Part shown: piece after piece, positions 9,815 to 14,018 of the stretch
How the letters are laid out: each line of letters begins with the position of its first letter
How positions within the stretch are numbered: the stretch's first letter is position 1
From: Octopus sinensis
Taxonomy: Eukaryota
Assembly (NCBI RefSeq): GCF_006345805.1
Contig: NW_021825927.1
Location: 1 to 14,018, forward strand
Direction of reading: 5' to 3'
Length of the DNA: 14,018 nucleotides
Program-made: the position numbers and the translations under genes
The notes under the pieces: model-generated
Told to the model about the DNA's origin: nothing
The model's database searches: none
What the model saw: only the letters and a program-made list of their open reading frames with translations

Positions 9815-10226
9815 ATGCTACAGTCAAAAATCATGTGTACTCTTGTTTCTGTAATTTATTCAAACAAAAGCAGGGATTGAAAAATTTTATCGTTTTTCGA
9901 CATAGTCTCCTTGCTCTTCGACGTATTTCTTCCAATGGTTCTCAATGTTGCATGTTCCATCGCAGAAGGAAGTCTTCAGCTGCTCGCATAGCCATCAATG
10001 GCCGTAGCAAATCAACGACCTCGTAAATCAGGTTTGAGCGTTTAAAGAGGGATAGGTAAAGATCTAGACTGTGCGCAGTGCCTTCCCAGCAAATCAAAAC
10101 CCGATTTCTCAATGGTTTCAACGGTGTGGCCATGAATTGTGCAATAATAACATTGACTTTGACAACAGATCTCGGCTTTTGGTGCGAATTGCTGGTTTCG
10201 GTTTGTTGGCCAGCATTTCACTGCAG
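9815..10226 (-). mobile_element. Fossil mariner (DD34D) transposon 3' end
   Basis: Minus strand across frames: CSEMLANKPKPAIRTKSRDLLSKSMLLLHNSWPH (compare LKPAIRSKRRG.L..GV.LLHDNARPH), HSLDL (compare YSPDL), and FCDGTCNIENHWKKYVEEQGDYVEKR* (compare F..GI..L..RW.KC....GDYVEK*; stop 9887-9889). A TIR-like end (..ACAGTCAAAAATCATGTGTACTCTT) abuts a (TA)n tract. Confidence 0.8.
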
Positions 10227-10227
10227 C

Positions 10228-10350
10228 CCACCAATGTTTTTTTTTTCTTTTTCACTGAGATACTTATTCGATTGCTCTCTCTTGTCAAACTGCTAAGTTA
10301 CTGAGACGTAAAACACCAACAACGGTTGTCAAGCAGATACAAAGACACAT

Positions 10351-10387
<37 letters not shown>

Positions 10388-10450
10388 TGTGCATGTGTGT
10401 TTGCAGATATGTGTGCGCGCGTGTTTGTGTGTGTGCGTGTTTGTGTCTGT

Positions 10451-10537
<87 letters not shown>

Positions 10538-10660
10538 TACCACTGGCTTCTTTCAGTTTCCGTCAACCAATCTGACTCTCAAGGTTATGGTCGGCCCAGC
10601 GCTGGAGTAGAATACATTTACCCAAGATTCGAAGAACCGTGTTTTTAGGACTCCAAGAAA
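10228..10660 (-). mobile_element. Degenerate SINE with internal microsatellite block
   Basis: Minus strand: CTTGGGTAAATGTATTCTACT..GGGCCGACCATAACCTTGAGAGTCAGATTGGTTGACGGAAACTGAAAGAAGCC, then (TATC)n/(GT)n, then GCTTGACAACCGTTGTTGGTGTTTTACGTCTCAGTAACTTAGCAGTTTGACAAGAGAGAG...GAATAAGTA and an A-rich end. Both flanks resemble one octopus SINE that I recall. A B-box-like TTCGAATC lies near 10626-10633 on the minus strand. The 5' end is poorly defined. Confidence 0.55.
10345..10538 (+). repeat. (AC)n-(GT)n-(ATAG)n compound microsatellite
   Basis: Read directly from the sequence. Confidence 0.96.
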
Positions 10661-10984
10661 ACCTAAATATTCAAAGAAATATTCCATGTTGGAATGAATA
10701 CCTACCAGTATGAATGGTCATCTCTCGAAATGCCCATGGCAAGAAGCGGCCACTTTTGACGGATTTGGGGAAAAAAATGTAGATCCCGAGCAAAAATGAA
10801 AAGCAACCTCTGTACTGTTTTAAGAGAACAATCAAGCTATGGCCTTGCAGCCATCGTGTACGTATGTGAATGTATGAAAATATACCAACTAGAATATAAG
10901 GGAGACAATTCGTGATACGTTTTGAATTGTAAATGTCCTTGAGGGTTGTTCTAGCCCCAGGTGAGCTCTTGTTGAGTAGACCTA

Positions 10985-12315
10985 TAATCAAGATTTTTGA
11001 GAGCATCGATAGGTTCAGTCTTTCATGCAACAAGCTGTCACGTGCGGTGTTCTAATAACTGGAAACTGAAAGCAGCCTAACCACTCAAACGTAGATGTGA
11101 TATTTCTCGACTTTGCCAAGGCCTTTGACAAAGTGGATCATGAGATGATATATTACAAACTACTTGACCCTGATATCACTAGAAAACTGGGAGAGTGGAT
11201 GCACGACTTTTTAAAAGACTGAAGTCAGGCAGTTGCAGCCAATGTTGCTCTCTCTGGGGAGACATCAATCTGCAGCGAAGTCCCTCAAGGAACTGCACTG
11301 GGACCACTAGTGTTTGCAGTGACTCTCTCAGACATGACCTCTGCCCGACAGTCAGCCACTCTCACCAGATATACTGATGACACAAAAGTACCACAAGCGG
11401 TCCAAGACCCTGATGACATAATACAGCTACAAAACGATCAGCATGCAATATCAAAATGGGCTGACAAAATAAGACACAGGTCAATCTTGAGGAGTTTCAA
11501 GCATTCTACCATCGATCCATAAAGATTACAAGCGTAATACACAGGACCAAGGGGTGGTGCAATCCCAGAGTTAGAATCGGTATGTGAACTGGGGGTCCAC
11601 ATGAGTAATGATGCAACATTCCATGTGCATATTGCCAAGATTGCAACGTTGTGCATGCGAGTAACTGCATTGATTCTTAGATCATCCGGAACCAGAAATA
11701 AGGAAATCTCGCTACAGAGAGTTTGGTTCTCAGTCGTCTGGATAAATGCTCCTAATTCTGGTCGCCGCCTGGGAGAACTTGAGGCGATCCAGCGCCACTA
11801 CATAAAAGAGATTGACTTGAGGAAAACAGATAAGCTACTGGGAGAGACTAAAAGAATTGAAGCTCTACTCCTAGGAGAGACGGCGAGAAAGGTATGCAGT
11901 GATATACATACGGAAGGTCATTTAGAGTTAAAAGTTATAGCAATCACCGAACTGAACAGCATTCATCATACCAAAGATCCCATCTTCTCCATCTCGAATG
12001 AAGACCCAAATCTGCAAAAGCGTCGGTTTCAGCAGACCACAAATGTTTAACAACCTGCCAAACAACCTCAGAGATTTGCGAGGTGGAGACATGAAGATCT
12101 TCAAAAAAAAAAAACGTCTCTACGAATTTCTTTCTGAAATCCAAGATAAACTCACATAGCGGCAGAAGACAGAAAGAAGAACGGTTCCCTCAAAGTCGGT
12201 TCTCCTCCAAAAGCAGTACAGAAAGAAAAGCCACAACACACTATTAGGCAGTGTACCAGCGTGGCCTCAGTCCCTAGCTGAAACCAGTACATGATAAAAG
12301 ATGATAGATAAAAGA
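10985..12315 (+). mobile_element. Second decayed CR1/L2-group LINE 3' half (different subfamily from 83-1245)
   Basis: IIKIFESI (~10985), NVDVIFLDFAKAFDKVDHEMIYYKL (11088-11162), in-frame TGA at 11220, EVPQGTALGPLVF (11277-11315), YTDD (11370-11381), LGVHMSNDATFHVHIAKI, LEAIQRHY, ALLLGETARK region, NLRDL...FLSEIQD, and a 3' tail ...CCAGCGTGGCCTCAGTCCCTAGCTGAAACCAGTACATGATAAAAG. The 5' boundary is approximate. Confidence 0.88.
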
Positions 12316-12700
12316 TATAATACATGCATACATATATTTATATATATATATTTATATATATACATACGTATATATCTATATATATATTTATACATAAAGA
12401 TATTGATATAAACAAGCACATACACACACACTCAAACAGACACACACCACACACACACACATATAGATACTTATATACATATGTGAATATATTATATATT
12501 ATATGTATATATATAATATATATTTATGGTGTGTGTGTGTGTGTGTGTATATGTATATATATTTACATATATGTATTTACAAATATGTATACATATATTA
12601 TGAACATATTGTATTTATAGATATACATAACATATATATATATAAATATAGTATATATATATGTATATATGCATATATATATTATATAGACATATGTGTA

Positions 12701-12782
<82 letters not shown>

Positions 12783-12790
12783 TATATATG
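12316..12790 (+). repeat. AT-rich compound microsatellite (TA/AC/GT)
   Basis: Read directly from the sequence. Confidence 0.95.
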
Positions 12791-13084
12791 TCTTGCAATT
12801 ATTGTCCTATGACGTTAGTAGATTATCATTTATCATTGCATGCAAATCGATTCTGATCATTTCGTTGTTCATGCTGTAATAATTCTCTTTTGTTAAGATT
12901 TATCTTTCAATATTTATTACGCCTTCTATTACTTAACAGAACTGATAGACAACTTGTGTTATGGCAAATAGCTGAACTACACACACGCACAACATTTGTA
13001 TGGGTGGGAGCGACTACGTGGGGGTTTGGTTTCTGGAGATGATGCGGTGGTGGGGTGCTTAGAAATACGTAACTTGCAATGTGA

Positions 13085-13206
13085 ACATAGCCGGTCGATA
13101 GAGAGCGATCGATGAAATGTGTACCAGTCGAAGCACACGGGTTGAGAGAATCGACTGGAACCAGCATGGCTCAAATCCAATAAATGAGACTAGAAAAATA
13201 ATAAAT
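13085..13206 (+). mobile_element. Degenerate SINE 3' part (end of the CORE-like domain plus LINE-like tail)
   Basis: TCGATGAAATGTGTACCAGT (13109-13128) matches the SINE at 8861-8880 at 18/20 nt. It is followed by AATCGACT, CCAGCATGGC (13161-13170) and an A-rich end. Confidence 0.5.
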
Positions 13207-13209
13207 GAG

Positions 13210-13327
13210 TATTTGTATATCTATCTATCTATCTATATACATATATATATGTGTGTGTGTGTGTGTGTGTATGAATGTATTAAGTATGCATGCAAGTATG
13301 TATGTATAATATATATATATTTATACA

Positions 13328-13363
<36 letters not shown>

Positions 13364-13670
13364 GTATATATTTATATATACACACAGACATAAATATATT
13401 CTGATATATATGCATGTTTATATATGTATATAGATAGACACACATATACATACATACATGTATATATATATACATATATATATACATATATACACACATA
13501 TATATGTGTATATACGTTTATACTATTTATATACACATGCATATAAATAAAGTCATACACGTTTATATGGATATGTATGTATGTGAATATGCGTGTGTGT
13601 GTGTGAGTGTGTGTGTATGTGTGCATGTGTATGCGTATATTATATATATATATATATATATATACATGCA
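13210..13670 (+). repeat. Compound microsatellite (CTAT/TA/GT/CT/CATA)
   Basis: Read directly from the sequence. Confidence 0.95.
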
Positions 13671-13842
13671 TAACTGAAAACCTGGTTACGATGTAAGGTC
13701 ACTCACATTCTCCCAATATGTATGATGTGACTGCTGTTAGCTTTCTCTGTTTTTCACCCTACAAAGTCTTGCCGCAGCCACAAATAATTTATAGTTTCAT
13801 GAATATTTGTGGTGTACTTAGCGAAAAATATCTTACGTGTGT

Positions 13843-13845
<3 letters not shown>

Positions 13846-13900
<55 letters not shown>

Positions 13901-13921
13901 GTGTGTGTGTGGTGTGTGTGT
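13846..13921 (+). repeat. (GT)n microsatellite
   Basis: Read directly from the sequence. Confidence 0.96.
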
Positions 13922-14018
13922 AATTTTTATAGCTGGTGTGTGGTGTCTCGTTCGTTAATTTTTAGCTTACTTTTACATTAACTTGTTTCATCAAGAGGCT
14001 ATTGTCCTCCTGGGGCAC

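Noticed and set aside
10671-11033. 120-aa minus-strand ORF as a host exon
   Set aside because: No recognisable motif. It partly overlaps the antisense of the decayed LINE.
13960-14018. Possible 3' splice site (TTAAC...CATCAAG) and start of an exon
   Set aside because: The pyrimidine tract is weak, only ~23 nt follow before the window ends, and there is no supporting evidence.

Overview
Repeat-saturated, non-genic-looking animal genomic DNA. The microsatellite load and SINE types suggest a coleoid cephalopod such as Octopus; this is inference from recalled repeat sequences, not a database hit. No intact host gene is supported, and most ORF-track entries are microsatellite read-throughs. The core (about 3.6-8.74 kb) is a stack of five consecutive inserts, each bounded by (ATT)n/(TAA)n tracts. 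Three are 5'-truncated, minus-strand R4/Dong-clade non-LTR retrotransposons with a restriction-like endonuclease (RLE), about 0.19, 0.9 and 2.5 kb long and mutually diverged. The other two are copies of an unclassified, non-coding ~555-bp element with matching ends, a candidate non-autonomous TAA-targeting partner. Outside the stack are two decayed CR1/L2-group LINE 3' halves, a tRNA-derived CORE-type SINE, two degenerate SINEs (one with internal microsatellites), a fossil mariner 3' end missed by the ORF track, and large compound microsatellites. Many frameshifts in the Dong copies are 1-nt homopolymer indels, which suggests uncorrected long-read error rather than decay.
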